Assembly (NCBI GenBank): GCA_030704615.1
Contig: CM060734.1
Location: 12,152,001-12,216,000, forward strand
Origin: Takakia lepidozioides
Lineage: Eukaryota > Plantae > Bryophyta
Direction: 5' to 3'
Length of the DNA stretch: 64,000 nucleotides
This document shows, piece by piece, positions 33,026-45,409 of the stretch. Every line of letters begins with the position of its first letter. Within the stretch, counting starts at the first letter, position 1. The position numbers were made by a program, and so were the translations under genes. The notes beneath the pieces were generated by a model that was not told the origin of the DNA, searched no databases, and worked only from the letters and a program-made list of their open reading frames with translations.

Positions 33026-36000
33026 TCAACGCTTCTTCCGCTTTTGAGGTCGCCCTTCGAACGCTGCAACTGCCTCGGATGCGTTTCCCATTTCTGAGGC
33101 ACGCACCCAAGATGCCTCCACAAGATGATAGCCCTTCCATTTGACGAGATACTCCGTTTCTCGGTTCTTGAACCTCCTCGACTTAAGTATTGCCTCCACC
33201 TCGTACTCGGGTTCATTTTCATGATCCAACAGCATAGGTGGCGGACGCAACACTTGCTGCCGATTCGGACGTGCTTCATCTTTGAAGTAAGGCTTCAAAA
33301 GGGAGACATGGAATACTGGGTGCACCTTGCTGTTTGCTGGCAGCTCCAATTCATACACATCCTCATTCATAACCCTCCGAATGCGAAAGGGACCCGCATA
33401 CGGAGGTACGAACTTCGGACTCATTTCCGGAGGTAGTCGAAAATTCTTGATGTTCAACCAGACCTCTGTGCCTGCCTCAAACTTCACTTCCCTCCGCTTC
33501 CGATTTGCCTGCCTTTCATACCGTTTCCTAGCTTTGGCAATGTTGTACTTTGCGAGCTTCAACAAACGCTCGCGTTCTTCCAGTACCGCCGCTACTGCCG
33601 GTTCCTCAACGTCCTGGGCGGCCCAACTTGTCGGCACCAGAGGTGCTTTTCCATAGACCAACACAAAAGGGGAAACTCCCGTCGCGGAGTGTTCTGTGTT
33701 ATTATAACAGAACTCTGCCGCGTCTAAGTGTTCCATCCAGTCTGATTGGTCTGCCGACACGTAATTCCGCAAGAATTGCTTCACTACGGAATTCACTCTT
33801 TCCGTTTGGCCGTCCGTCGTAGGTCGGAAGGCGGTGCTCATCTTCAGCCTCGTCCCCATCTTCTTCCAAAGTGCTCTCCAGAATTTACTCGTAAACTTTG
33901 GGTCGCGGTCCGAGACAATATCCTTCGGGACTCCATGATGCTTTAAGACGTGGGCGAAGTAAAGTCGCCCTGTCTCCTGCGCAGTTGCCGTCTCCTTGGT
34001 GGGGATGAAATGGGCCATTTTACTGAACCTATCTACCACCACCATGATTGCATCGAATCCTTTTGACAGCGGCATAGCAGTCATGAAATCCATCGAGACG
34101 CTTTCCCAAGTCCCCTCTGGAATCGGCAAGGGTTGTAACAGCCCCGCTTGCTTTTTATACTCGCTCCGGTTTTGTTGGCATGTGGTGCATGTCTTTACAT
34201 ACTCCTCTGCCTCCTCCCTCAGTTTGGGCCAGAAATACTCTTTCTTCAAGAGTGCCGCAGTGCGCTTGGCTCCACCGTGGCCCGCAAGCGGGCTATCATG
34301 GCATTCTCTCAAGAGACTATCCCTGATCCCTCCCTTTGGCACATAGAGACGTTTTTGCTTATACCGGAGCAGTCCGTTTTGCAAGTGGAACTGCGATTTA
34401 ACCCCCATTCTCAAGTTCTGCATCACGCACTTTGCCAGCTCATCCTTCCGGCAAGCCTTCCGGATCTTCCTTTGGAGCGCCGTCTCGCCCTTGTACACCA
34501 ACAAGAGCTGTTGCTTTCTACTTAAAGCATCGGCCACCACATTGTCCCGTCCCGGTTTGTACTGGATATCCAAGTCAAACACTGCCAAAGTATCTTGCCA
34601 CCTAAGTTGTTTTGGGGACAACTTGGGCTGCGTGGCAAAATACTTCACCGTGACATTGTCCGTGAACACCTTCACTGGGTTGGAACCAACATAGTGGCGC
34701 CAGAGTTCAAGGCAATGTACCACCGCCTTCATCTCTTTTTCGTGCGTCGGCCACCGTCGCTCCACTTCATTCAGTTTCTTACTTTCGTAAGCCACTGGAC
34801 GTCCATCTTGCATAAGTACACCCCCAATTGCGAAGTCCGATGCATCTGTATGAATCTCAAACGGACGATCGAACTCCGGGATTTTTAAGACTGGAGCTTC
34901 CGTCATCCGCTGCTTCAATTCAGCAAAAGCTTGGCCACAAAATGTGTTCCATACCCAGACTTTGGATTTACACAGAAGGTCCGACAGCGGCCCCGCGATC
35001 TTGGCGAAATTTCTCACATACTTCCGGTAATAGGAGGCGAGTCCTAGGAAGGATCGCACTCCCGGGACCGAAGTCGGAGGCTCCCAGTCCAAGATCGCCC
35101 TCACCTTTCTGTCATCCATTTTGATCCCATCCTGTGTAATCACGTGCCCCAAGAACTCCACTTTTGTGACCCCGAATTCGCACTTTGAAGCTTTGGCATA
35201 CAGCTTCCCTTCTCGCAATTTTTGGAACACCCTTTTGAGGTGCTCCAGGTGCTCCTCCTTTGTTTTCGAGTACACCAAGATGTCGTCGATGTACACGATC
35301 ACAAAGTCATCCAACCACTCCTGGAAAAGGCTGTTCATCAGCGTGCTAAATGTCGCTGGTGCATTGGTGAGCCCAAAAGGCATCACCAAGAACTCATATG
35401 AACCATACCTTGTCCTGCACGCGGTCTTCTCCTCATCTCCTTCCGCCACCCGAATTTGGTGATAGCCGGAGCGCAAGTCGATCCGGCTGAAATACTTCGC
35501 TCCTGCCAACCGATCGAAGAGGTCGTCGATCCTTGGCAAAGGGTACCGGTTTTTGATAGTCACCTTATTCAGAGCCCTGTAATCGACACACATCCGCAGC
35601 GTCCCATCCTTCTTGTCTGCAAATAGCACCGGGGCTCCGTAAGGTGACTTACTCGGCCGGATGTACCCCTTTGACATTAGATCTTTGAGCTGAGTCTTCA
35701 GCTCGACCAACTCTTTGTGGCTCAACCGGTAGGGCGCCTTGGCAGGCGGTTCCGATCCCGGTATCACCTCAATTTTGTGGTCAACTCCTCTTCGCGGTGG
35801 CAAGCCGCTTGGTAAATCCTCCGGCATCACATCCTGGTATTTCTCCAAAATCCCCTTGATCCAATCTGGGCTCGGCTCCCCATCGCCTTCTCCTTTCACT
35901 TCTCTAATGTAAAGCAAAAACTGGGACTCGTGTGTCTCCTCCACGGCCCACTCCTTTGCTGATAGAAGGTTTATTCGCCCTCCCACGGATTTGGGCGTTT

Positions 36001-36240
36001 CCGACACTCGTAAAACCTCGCCACCATTCCCACATGGCAGCGTGACTACTCTCTTGCGGCCATCTATGACCGCTCCGGATTTGCTCAAAAAGGTCATTCC
36101 CAAAATGAGATCCACTCCATCGATCTCGCAGATAGTGAAGTTCTCACGTCCCTCCCAACTCCCCAGTTGAAGAGGAACATCAAACGCCAACCTTGTCGCC
36201 AACTGAGGTTCTCCTTTGGCAGAGCGCACCTCAATAGAGG
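33026..36240 (-). CDS. pol: pol: protease C-terminal half, RT, RNase H, integrase, chromodomain
   Basis: Motifs [63 protein letters not shown] and [24 protein letters not shown]. Confidence 0.95.
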
Positions 36241-37587
36241 CCCCACGTCACTTGTCGGGAGTCCCAACTTTCGCGCCGCCGCCGGCGTCATGAAGGAGTG
36301 CGACGCTCCTGTGTCCACCAACAACGACACATTAGTTCCGGATATTATCCCATCCACGAACAATAACTGACTCCCTTTTCGTAAGGCGCCAGTTTCCTGA
36401 TACAACTCACAAGAAAATTTGCCTACCTTGCAAGTCCTGGCGACCACCGCTTCCACCAAGCGACTGATGGTATCTTCCGACAGCTCCGTGGTCGCCCGAG
36501 TCATGTTCAATTGCCGGGGCTTCGTGCACTTCTTGGCCATGTGCCCGGGCTCCCCGCAATTGAAACACACTCCATCAAAGGTCGCCTTCTGTCCGCCATA
36601 AGTCGCTCCACCCGCTTTTCCTTTCGAAGCACCGGGTGCCGCCTTGACGTGTGAAGGACCTCCCTTCGATTTCCACGTGCCATTTTCGCCGCGTGGCCTA
36701 TCCCACTTCTTTTCCGGTCGGGAGGAGTCACCTTCCCGCCGGGTCTTCTTGTGGTTCAGCTCCGTACGGCCTTGTCTCTCACCCCTAGGGACATCCGAGA
36801 AACATTCAGCTCTCTCAATTGCCTCGTTCAAAGTCTTGGGTGGCTTCTCCTCCAACTTCCGCCTAGCCCATGGGGCCAGTCCCGCCACAAAGTTGAAGAC
36901 CATTTCTGGTTCTGCCATGTCCGCGACTTCGAGCAACAGCACATTGAAAGCCTGGACATACCCCCGAATGTCATCTGTTTGCTTCAAATTCCTCATCTTG
37001 TCCCGGGCAAGCCAGGACGCGTTGAGGGGCACAAACTGTCTCTTCATCAATTCCTTGAACTCACTCCAGTTCAAGGTTTCCGGGCTTGGGCCTCGGTCGT
37101 GAAGGCGTTTCTGCCACCATTGTTGAGCATAGCCCCTCAAATAGGTGGGAGCCACTTCCACCCGATCCTCGTCACTCAACTTGGCCGCCCGGAAGTACTG
37201 CTCTAGCTCCAGGAGCCAGGTGTTGAGTGCCTTCCGGTTTCGAACGCCCTTGAAGGTGCCGGGTTCCTTAGGCTTCACCTTAAACTTTGCCTTGGTGGAA
37301 GTGGCATTAGCCGCCTTCAACACGTCTTTCAACGTCCCGCCAAACTGCGCCAACAACCCTTCCCAAAAGGCTGCCGGCATGGGAGGCATCTCTTGGTTTG
37401 TCGGAGCTCTCAAAGATTCCTCGGGCTCCGACTCCTCGGATTCCTCCCGCTCCTGAGCGGCCTCATTTTCGGAAACATTAATCGCTTTCTCAAACGGCCG
37501 CCTCGGTGACACGTCGCCCCCATCGGGCTCACCGGGATCATCATCTTTTGGGCTGTTCCGCTTTCGCTTCGGCTTGCCCGACCCCAT
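36094..37587 (-). CDS. gag: gag with zinc knuckle and protease N-terminal half
   Basis: ATG at 37587. Motifs [28 protein letters not shown] and [11 protein letters not shown]. The frame diverges from pol at ~36240. Confidence 0.93.
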   Translation of the reverse strand: MGSGKPKRKRNSPKDDDPGEPDGGDVSPRRPFEKAINVSENEAAQEREESEESEPEESLRAPTNQEMPPMPAAFWEGLLAQFGGTLKDVLKAANATSTKAKFKVKPKEPGTFKGVRNRKALNTWLLELEQYFRAAKLSDEDRVEVAPTYLRGYAQQWWQKRLHDRGPSPETLNWSEFKELMKRQFVPLNASWLARDKMRNLKQTDDIRGYVQAFNVLLLEVADMAEPEMVFNFVAGLAPWARRKLEEKPPKTLNEAIERAECFSDVPRGERQGRTELNHKKTRREGDSSRPEKKWDRPRGENGTWKSKGGPSHVKAAPGASKGKAGGATYGGQKATFDGVCFNCGEPGHMAKKCTKPRQLNMTRATTELSEDTISRLVEAVVARTCKVGKFSCELYQETGALRKGSQLLFVDGIISGTNVSLLVDTGASHSFMTPAAARKLGLPTSDVGPLLRCALPKENLSWRQGWRLMFLFNWGVGRDVRTSLSARSMEWISFWE

Positions 37588-37628
37588 GATGAGGCCAATC
37601 CCAAGGACGATCGCGTACTGAACTCTAA

Positions 37629-37640
37629 GCTCTGATACCA
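37629..37640 (-). promoter_or_regulatory. Primer-binding site, tRNA-iMet
   Basis: TGGTATCAGAGC lies 2 nt inside the 5' LTR. Confidence 0.95.
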
Positions 37641-38366
37641 AGTGTCGCACACCTCAGTTCGGTAAACTCCCCTTCAAGTCATAGTTACTCGCTTTGATGC
37701 GCGCGCCTGACTCCCAACCTGGCCGCCGGGCCAACTTGGAGTTTCGGCTGCTCACCGGGACATAACGGTCCCCTTCCGCTTCCCTCTAAACCCTCCACCT
37801 ATTTGGGACTAGGAGAATTCCCTTTGGTAGATGGCAGTCCGGAAGAGCTCCCCACTCTTTGGTCGCTTTCCGGCTCGCTCGCTTACTCACTAGTTTTTGG
37901 TCACCAACGGGCTTGCACCGTTCTCGGGGTTACTACTCCCTATATATACTTCTGTAGCTGTCCGCGGGGGTTTCATAACCAGCCATGCCATTTTATGGTG
38001 AACCACCACGAAAACCCTCGACTCCCGGTGGTGAGTCGCGGTGAGTCTTGGCCCACTCACCGCGGCCCCAATGGACCGTGATGAGTCCCAAGACTCCCCA
38101 CGACTCCCACCTCGAGGTCTCCACCCCATGGTGAGTCCTATGCCACCCCCACTAAGTCCCACTAAGCTACCACCACCCCTTGTGGAGCCACCTCCACCGC
38201 AACCCGGTGTGCGGGGCTCCACCTAGTGAGCGCCTCCGCCTCCTTGAGTGCCTTGGGCACTCAAGGGTGCTTCAGCCCCCCATACCTATCGCTGCCGCTG
38301 CCCCCACCACAGGGGCAGCCCCTCATGTGTCCCGACCCCCTGCCCTCAAGGCAAAGGGCCGCGACA

Positions 38367-38725
38367 TAAATGTTCAGCACACCCACCATGCCAAGCGTTT
38401 GACCCAGGTTCAATACTAGAAACTGGACTCTACCCTGGATCCAGACCTCGTTAGAAATAGTAGATTGTTGTAGAGAAGGAGCGACCAGAATTGTAGTACC
38501 CCCCCTTGAGTCTATGACTGTTGGGTTCCAAAAAGCAGTGGCAGAGGGCCATAGAGACGCCCCAAGAGAGGTGATTTTAGTTTGATCTAACTTACGCTCT
38601 TGTAAGAAAAAAAGGTTGAAGCCACGAATAAACCCCGAGGCCCAGGTTGTAACCCTTGCCCTTTTGGGGGCAAAGTGGTCTGATCCTAGGCCTCTTACAT
38701 TCCAAGAGCAGAAGGAGAGGTTCAT
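38367..38725 (-). pseudogene. LINE ORF2 N-terminal APE endonuclease
   Basis: Reads MNLSFCSWNVRGLG...FLQERKL...SRGGTTILV...GRVQFL...VLNIY. Confidence 0.93.
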
Positions 38726-39489
38726 GTGGGGGTGATTGAAAGGCCCGTGGGGTTAGCACGATCTGATGGCCATATAGGATTGAACAAGAATTTTGTACGT
38801 CTGTCAGATGGGGGAAGAGCAGAGACCCATTTGAATCCCCTGGGAGGGGGGAACAAAGCTGGAAGTTTGCAGGTGAACACTGTACTGGACCTCTTCCTTT
38901 TGCTTTTGTAGTTCATGGGTAGAAATTGGTTTGCACTATCTCTGTGAATTGAGGTTTTCTAGATGTTCCAATAAAGAGCTTGTGAAAAAACAAAAAAACG
39001 TTGAGGGGGATGAGGGGAGGACAGAAGCATCCCACCAACCTGGGAGAAGTTTCTGCTGACTTGGATGGCTGTCCAACATAAGGGTCCAGACCCTTTTGCA
39101 ATCAGCAGCATGCATGAGAGCCAGAGAGCAGAGGGGGGAGTAAGTATGAGAAATCATGCTTACCATTGGGGGTGATTCGACCGTATCCTCCGGTAGCGGA
39201 AAAGTGATGGAGTTGTCTGGAGCGGCGTTGGAAGAGATATTAAACTGATTGTCCATAGCCAACATCAGCTCCCTGTTCATGTTTGGCTGCTGCTGGGGAA
39301 GTCCACCCTTCTTTTTTTGCATGTCGTAATGCTCGTCCACCATTTGAGGCCCTCCTCAAAGATCTGCTTGTTGCAAGCCCATTCATTAGGATCCTTGACC
39401 CTGCAAGACAGGTAATATTTGCACACCCAAATCCAAGAATTATGGGCACCCGTGGTGTCCAGGTCTCTACTGTAGATAACAAGCATGAC

Positions 39490-39511
39490 CACTACTACGT
39501 TTGCCAAGGGT

Positions 39512-39543
<32 letters not shown>

Positions 39544-40350
39544 AGCGATGCCTCAGCGACCTCCAAACGCCCCGCGTAGCGACGGAAATACACTACAGCG
39601 CCCGGGGCAAATCGTGCGGGAAGTCGCAGCCACGTCAGTTCGACGTCGCTCCTGAAATGTCGCAGATTAGCGACCTCGGGGAATCGCTAATCCCCCGGGC
39701 CCCCCTGGACACGACCTCCGGCGGCGGAATGACGCCACCCCTCTGGGCAGTCACAATATTGCGACTCCCGGGAGTCGCAACTAGGGGCTAGGAGGGGGGG
39801 GTCCATCCCTCCCCCTGCGTCGTGGGGCAGTCACAAGGACGTCGCCCATCCCCAGCAATAGCCACGCGCCGGCGTCGCAGGCACGTCGCACCCTGGGACA
39901 TTAAAGCCCCCGCTCTGCGACGCTTGGACATCGTATAGGGGAGCGATTCTGCCTAGGGGACCGGCGACACCCGGGAATCGCAATTCCGTCACTGCCATTT
40001 CCGGGCATCGCTAGTCTGCCATGGGAAGGGGGGTTCGCTGGCGACGCCCGGGAATCGCTAAGACGACGCAGCCCCCCTAGGCTGTCGCTAGCTCCAGGGG
40101 AGAGCACATTCTTATACAACTCCCGGGAGTCGCACCAACGTCGCAGCCCCTGGGCAGCGTCGCTCGCTCCACGATGGGGCGGTTCTTTTGCGACGTCCCG
40201 GAATCGCTAGAGTGTCGCTGGTTGCCCGGGGCCGTCGCTGGGGGGGGGTGGATAGGAGGGTAGCCAGCTGGTTTTTGGGGTGGGGTTTTGGGGGTTTTTT
40301 TTTCGTTTGGGGGGGGGTTGGGGTGTGGGGTTTTCTTGGGGGTTGGGGTG
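39490..40350. mobile_element. Probable left terminus of a second CACTA-like element
   Basis: CACTACTACG at 39490, then poly-G and a CpG-rich array of TAGCGAC/GTCGCTA/GGGA(A/G)TCGC motifs in both orientations. It interrupts the LINE 5' region. No partner end was found in the window. Confidence 0.55.
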
Positions 40351-40423
40351 TGCCTTGTGCTTGCAAGAATTGCATGCATTCTAATCTATAGGTCGACACA
40401 CCATATCCACATGTCCATTAAGG

Positions 40424-41574
40424 TTAGAATGAGGATCGAAATGGCAACTGAAAAAATATATATGGAAAGCGACTACGCCTCTTTCCCTTACGCTCTCTCT
40501 CCTCGGCCTGTCCTTTCCCCTTCCCCTCGACTACTTCCCTCCCCCCCTCCACTACTTCCCTACCCTCCTTGATGATTAAGGGAACCTTGGGGACACGAGG
40601 TCTTTTACTCTTTCTCTTACCATCCCCACGGGCAGGCACCACCACTGTCCCTGCTTTGTCGGTGGCAATCCCACTGCCTGCCACAAGCTTAGCCATGAAT
40701 GCGCCAAGCTCCTGAACACAAAACCCACAAAATTAGAATCAAACCAGAAACAAAATGAAAAGCAAAGGAAAGAAAAAAAAGTGAAGGAAAGAGGCTCACC
40801 TTTGCGTCCGTGACCTCAATGTTGCCCTCGGTCCCCGCTTGTGGTGCACCCCCCATAAGGCCCTCTCGGAATAAGGGTGGAAGCCTGTCCCATGCACCCA
40901 ATAGGCTCGCAGGCGGCGCCCCAAAGTCCAGGGTCTTCTTCATTGATCATTCAAGCGACGGACTTCGCAAGGGGCCCTCCAAAGCCAGTGTCACCCTCTC
41001 CTCTTCCCCCTCCCTTTCCCGTGCCCCCCTATTTCCCTCTTCCCTCTTCTTGTCTTCCTCCCTCTTCCTTTCCTCCTCCTTCCACCTCATTGCGGCCTCC
41101 GTTGCAGCCTCCCTCTTCTCCCAAGGTGAGGAGGAACCCACCCCCTTCTGAGCCCCCCCCCTTATAAGCCCTCTTGGCTGCAGAAGAAGGGGAAAAGACA
41201 TTGGTGGTGGGGCTAAGCTCAAGTTGCCCATACCTGGCGCCAGATCTGAGAATGCGCTTCCCCGCGCAAAAGTCAGGGCCCTCCATCAGCCCATGGGGTG
41301 GCGTCCCAGCCTGAACATTGGGTGCACCACCCTCAAGTGGAGGCTCATCCCCAGCCTCTTTCGAGGGCGTGGAGGCCTCGACGGCCTTACGGCTTGGTCC
41401 TCTCACATAGCCGCCTATAGGGCTGGTGAGTTTGGACCAAGTGGTCCGTGTCACACGGCCGTCAATGACGGGAGCATTGTCAGGCTTCCCTACCTTAGCG
41501 GCAGGCGATTTCTGCTCCTTCGCCAGTGCCTTCTCATTGTCCTTCGCTGGCGCCTTCTCCTTGTCCTTCGCCAT
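40424..41574 (-). pseudogene. Decayed spliced ORF of unknown function (K/E-rich, low complexity), probably a transposon accessory gene
   Basis: ORF pieces 41574-41029, 41231-40947 and 40943-40800. A GT-AG intron at 40799-40712 joins ..VTDAK to ELGAFMAKLV.. in frame. Confidence 0.5.
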
Positions 41575-41924
41575 ACTACGAGCTTATCCCTGCGCCCACA
41601 ACACTACTACCGTGTGATTTCACATGCCAAAAACAAAAAAGGCCTGACTTGCTATTGCTGTCAGCCCCCCCCCACCATTCCAAAAGGAAAAGAAAAAAAA
41701 GGGTGGGGGGGGGGACTGAGAGCAGCAGCAGCAAGTACTTGCTGCCGTAGCTCTCAGCGCCCCCCACCATTGCCAAAACCAAAAATGTGGGGGGGGGGCT
41801 AAGACCAGCAGCAGCCTCTCATCACCCCCCACCATTCCAAAAACAAAAAACGAAAAGGTGGGGGGGGGGGGGATTGACTGAGCAACAACTTCTTTTCTAT
41901 TTTTCTTCCCTCATCTCTCCCACT

Positions 41925-43667
41925 CTCTCCCTCTCCCTCTCCCTCTATAACTCTTTGGATTTCATCTGGCCTTAACCTTTTGAGGTTATTTAGTTTTTCA
42001 TCCCAACCTTTTTCATCCAAATCTGGATGATTTTATTATAGGGTGATGAAACTTAATGTACAGAAAGCTGGATTTACCATCTATTTCTTTCATCTAAACT
42101 GGATGATCTACATAAATAATGGTTACCTATTATCAAATCCAAGAGAATAATAAAACTCCCATCATAAATGATGGCAGTTATTAAACCTAAGCCTATACCA
42201 TAACCCTAAAAGATACATTTCTATGGGATGTCATCCATTGATAAAGTGCCTCTCTTGGTAAAATGTGATTTTTCATCCACCCTGGATGAAAAATCGGGAA
42301 GTTTTGCCCTAAGCAGGCCGACACATTTCACAGCACTGAACTCGTGCTTCAGTGAACCTTGATGATGCGCCGTATAAACCTGCTCCCCTGCTGCTCCATG
42401 GTACTCGTGATGACTGGCTCTTGGGATGCGCATTGGTGGTTAAACAGATTCTTCTCTGGCAGACGACAAAGCGGTGATCGCTTTGATCAGAAACTCATGG
42501 TTTTTTATTTTGTAGCGGCGCTTTTACTCCTTGTTGGGAAGTACTCTATCCCTATTTATCTATAGATTACATGTTGCTCTCTCTTTGTGTATGAGCCATT
42601 CTCTATCTGTGAACGCTTCTACTCTGATTGCGTTCTGTTGGAGACGATCTGTTGGATGCCATGGCGCAGGGCATACCACAAACACTCAAGGTTTTTTGAG
42701 TTTACCCTCGCTTGAATTGTGATCTGTACTTGCTTTAGAATTCAACACTGACATGGATAGCAACTGTGAAGACCTGCCATTTACCTGCTGCATCCTCACT
42801 AACACACATCGCTATGTGGTGGTTTTTGGGACGAGCACAGGTGAGGGTCTTCACTTGTCTTGATTTCTTGAAAGCTTGCAGCTCCTGTTCTTGCAAATGT
42901 GGATTCTGCTGTTGCCTATGCTGCTGATGCCATCTACTGTTTCAAACTGCCACCATGCCGCTTCAGACCTGCTCCAAGATGGCTCCAATGAGGATCTGCT
43001 TCTCTCCTTACCCCTGTTTCTGGTTTTTTACAACCACATTTGCATGTGTAGGAGTTAAGCTATGAAGGATACAAGGATACAAAATAGCAGTTATTACTCT
43101 GACAGCCTTGATACTTGGCTCTGAAATGAAACTTTTTGGTATGACTCTGATGGATCAAAAGGATAGGCTTTGATAGATAACACACATTCTTCAAGGCCCT
43201 CATATCATTTTGGTTTCATGGCTTGATAACAAACAGGGGTTTCTGAGCTGCTCTTTCACCTTGGCAGAACTATTTTATGAGGCCTTAAAATACCATGCTA
43301 GGCCTAGACCTGCTTAAGGGGCTCTACCCTTTTGTTTCTTCTTCCTTTTTAAGAATCTTGCTTATATCTTGGTTCTAAAACATCATCTTCAAACCAAACC
43401 TGCAATCTGGTTTTTGAAATAAGTTTGAAATGAATTTTTGGGATGATGATGCATACTATGGTGCTTTCATGATATGAATGACCTGAAATCCCACCCTCCC
43501 GCCCTGTTTTTTCAGAGACCCTGAAATGTAATGGGGTATTCAAATGAGATTGTAAACATGAAAGGGAATGTTAGATGGTGCCCTGTAAAGGGATGTTTTG
43601 TCTTTCAATGACAATGACCTTAGCGGTCTTGTCCATGTCTTGACATGCATGTATATCTTCCCTCTCT
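41925..43667 (+). repeat. 1.74-kb direct repeat U1 (pseudo-LTR candidate)
   Basis: Near-identical to 47898-49642 (offset ~5973, matching spurious ORFs). The start is rich in TTTCATCC/GGATGAAA. Confidence 0.95.
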
Positions 43668-43802
43668 TTATTTGATCAGTGTACTTAGTGGTTTTTGTAC
43701 ACACCATCTACCCCTTCTCCTTTTCACCTTCTCATTTTGATATATTGACAAATGTTCTCGGGGGGCTTTGACAGAAAGTCAGCAAAGGAGGTCCTAGCTA
43801 GA

Positions 43803-45393
43803 ATGAGGACCTCATAGCCCAGGGGTATCAGTCCCCACTACCTCCTCCAATTCCTGCTGTGCAGGCAACCCTCGCACAAGTCACACCAAGTGACTTCCAT
43901 GCTGCATTGCAAAAGATGGATACTGAGGCCGTGGAAAATTCAGGTGATGAAAACCCCGTGTTATTACTTGAAACCTTGGCTTTGGAAAATTGGGTTGCAC
44001 TTGGCATCATGGCAAATAAGAATGGCAGGTACCTGGAGAAGCTCCAGGAATTCAATACTAAAATGATTGAGGTACTGGAAGATGATGCCGAGGAGCTGAT
44101 ACAATGGAAAAAGAAGGGATCAGCCATTGAGGCAGCTCTTAGAATGGCGAACCCAGAAGATGACCAGACTGTCTCCATGCAGAAATCTACAAACACATCT
44201 GAAAAAGACTTCATCCCTTCTGTAAGTAATCACCCAATCCTTGGGCACATGATTTTACCGGATGAAGAAAAAGAGGCAGTGAGAGAATTCTGTGAACAAG
44301 TAGAAATCTCACAAGTGGAACAAGAAAGGGCAGCAGGTGCCACTCCTGGAAATCTGTAGTTTGTCCCTTGGTTGCCTCCCCGTGCAGTTGAATTAGAGGT
44401 TGCCAATAACGACCACATGATGTGGCACCCACATGCTAATATCAATTTATTGGCACCCATTTCTATTGAAATGTGGGTCAAATGGGGCAACATAACTCCT
44501 GCTGAACGCAGTAGATGTGCACAGGATGCTAAGGAGGGTTTTCAGAGAATAAAAAAGGAACCTATTGCTGTGGCATGGCCACTAAGGACCTTCTACTACA
44601 AGCTCTGTGACAAAGGTGAGAACCTTACCTTGAGGACCAAAAATGACTTGCCGACTGGTTCGGCCAGATCCAAAAATCACAAGAGTCAACTCTTCAACTG
44701 GCATCGTCCCTACATAAGATGTAACTGTGGACAAGGAGGGTCACCCTCTTCTTGCATTGGGAGTGTTGCTTGGTTTGACCATATGGTATGGTATATGCTG
44801 AACAATTTGATTGTGTTCTTCCCTGATGATGCCTATCCTTCGGTGCAAACCAAGTATTACAGCTTTCTGGTGTGGATCATGCGGGCTGCCAGATCTGCTG
44901 TACTTGCAAAAATTACCTTCCAGATGACCCGGGGCTTCATAATGGAAGCAGCTTGTGAATTCTCAATTGACCCCAAGCCAAGTTGCTTGGGAAGTTAGGA
45001 GAATCCAAGGGGGCTAGATACATTGAGAAACTTCTGAAACCTGGGTCTTTTTCAGACAGCCTTCCCAGGCCACAATTCAATAGCTACAAACGGCAGCGTA
45101 TGGAGGGGCAGACGCCTCCTCAACAAGGCAAGAACAATGCCACTCGAGGCAGAGGCACCCCTGGTCGTGGAAGAGGTCTCTACCAAAGAGGAGGACGCTC
45201 TGGCAGGGGACAATACTCTACCAACACCTCTGAGAATTCAAGAGCAACGAATCGGTCATCACTTGGGGGTTCGGGTGCTAATTCCAGTACCACCATCAAC
45301 ATCGCCAGCCAGGAGTCATACAAGACTCGTCGTATCACTGACGAGTTCTCCCCAATACGCAAACGAGATTTTGGATCATGGACAGATCTTTAA
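43803..45393 (+). pseudogene. ORF1 of Penelope-like element (unknown protein; acidic helical N-terminus, RGG-rich C-terminus)
   Basis: 43859-44359 and 44372-44998 share a frame across one TAG. A frameshift leads into 44983-45393 (RGRGTPGRGRG..RGGRSGRG). No GIY-YIG motif is visible. Confidence 0.6.
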
Positions 45394-45409
45394 AAATCTC
45401 ATTTTTTGT

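Larger units (their letters stand above)
31401..38366 (-). mobile_element. Full-length chromovirus (Ty3/gypsy, Galadriel-like), very recent insertion
   Basis: 724-bp TG..CA LTRs at 31401-32124 and 37643-38366, with no difference seen by eye. TSD TAAAT at 31396-31400 and 38367-38371. tRNA-iMet PBS. Domain order gag-PR-RT-RH-INT-chromodomain. Confidence 0.97.
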
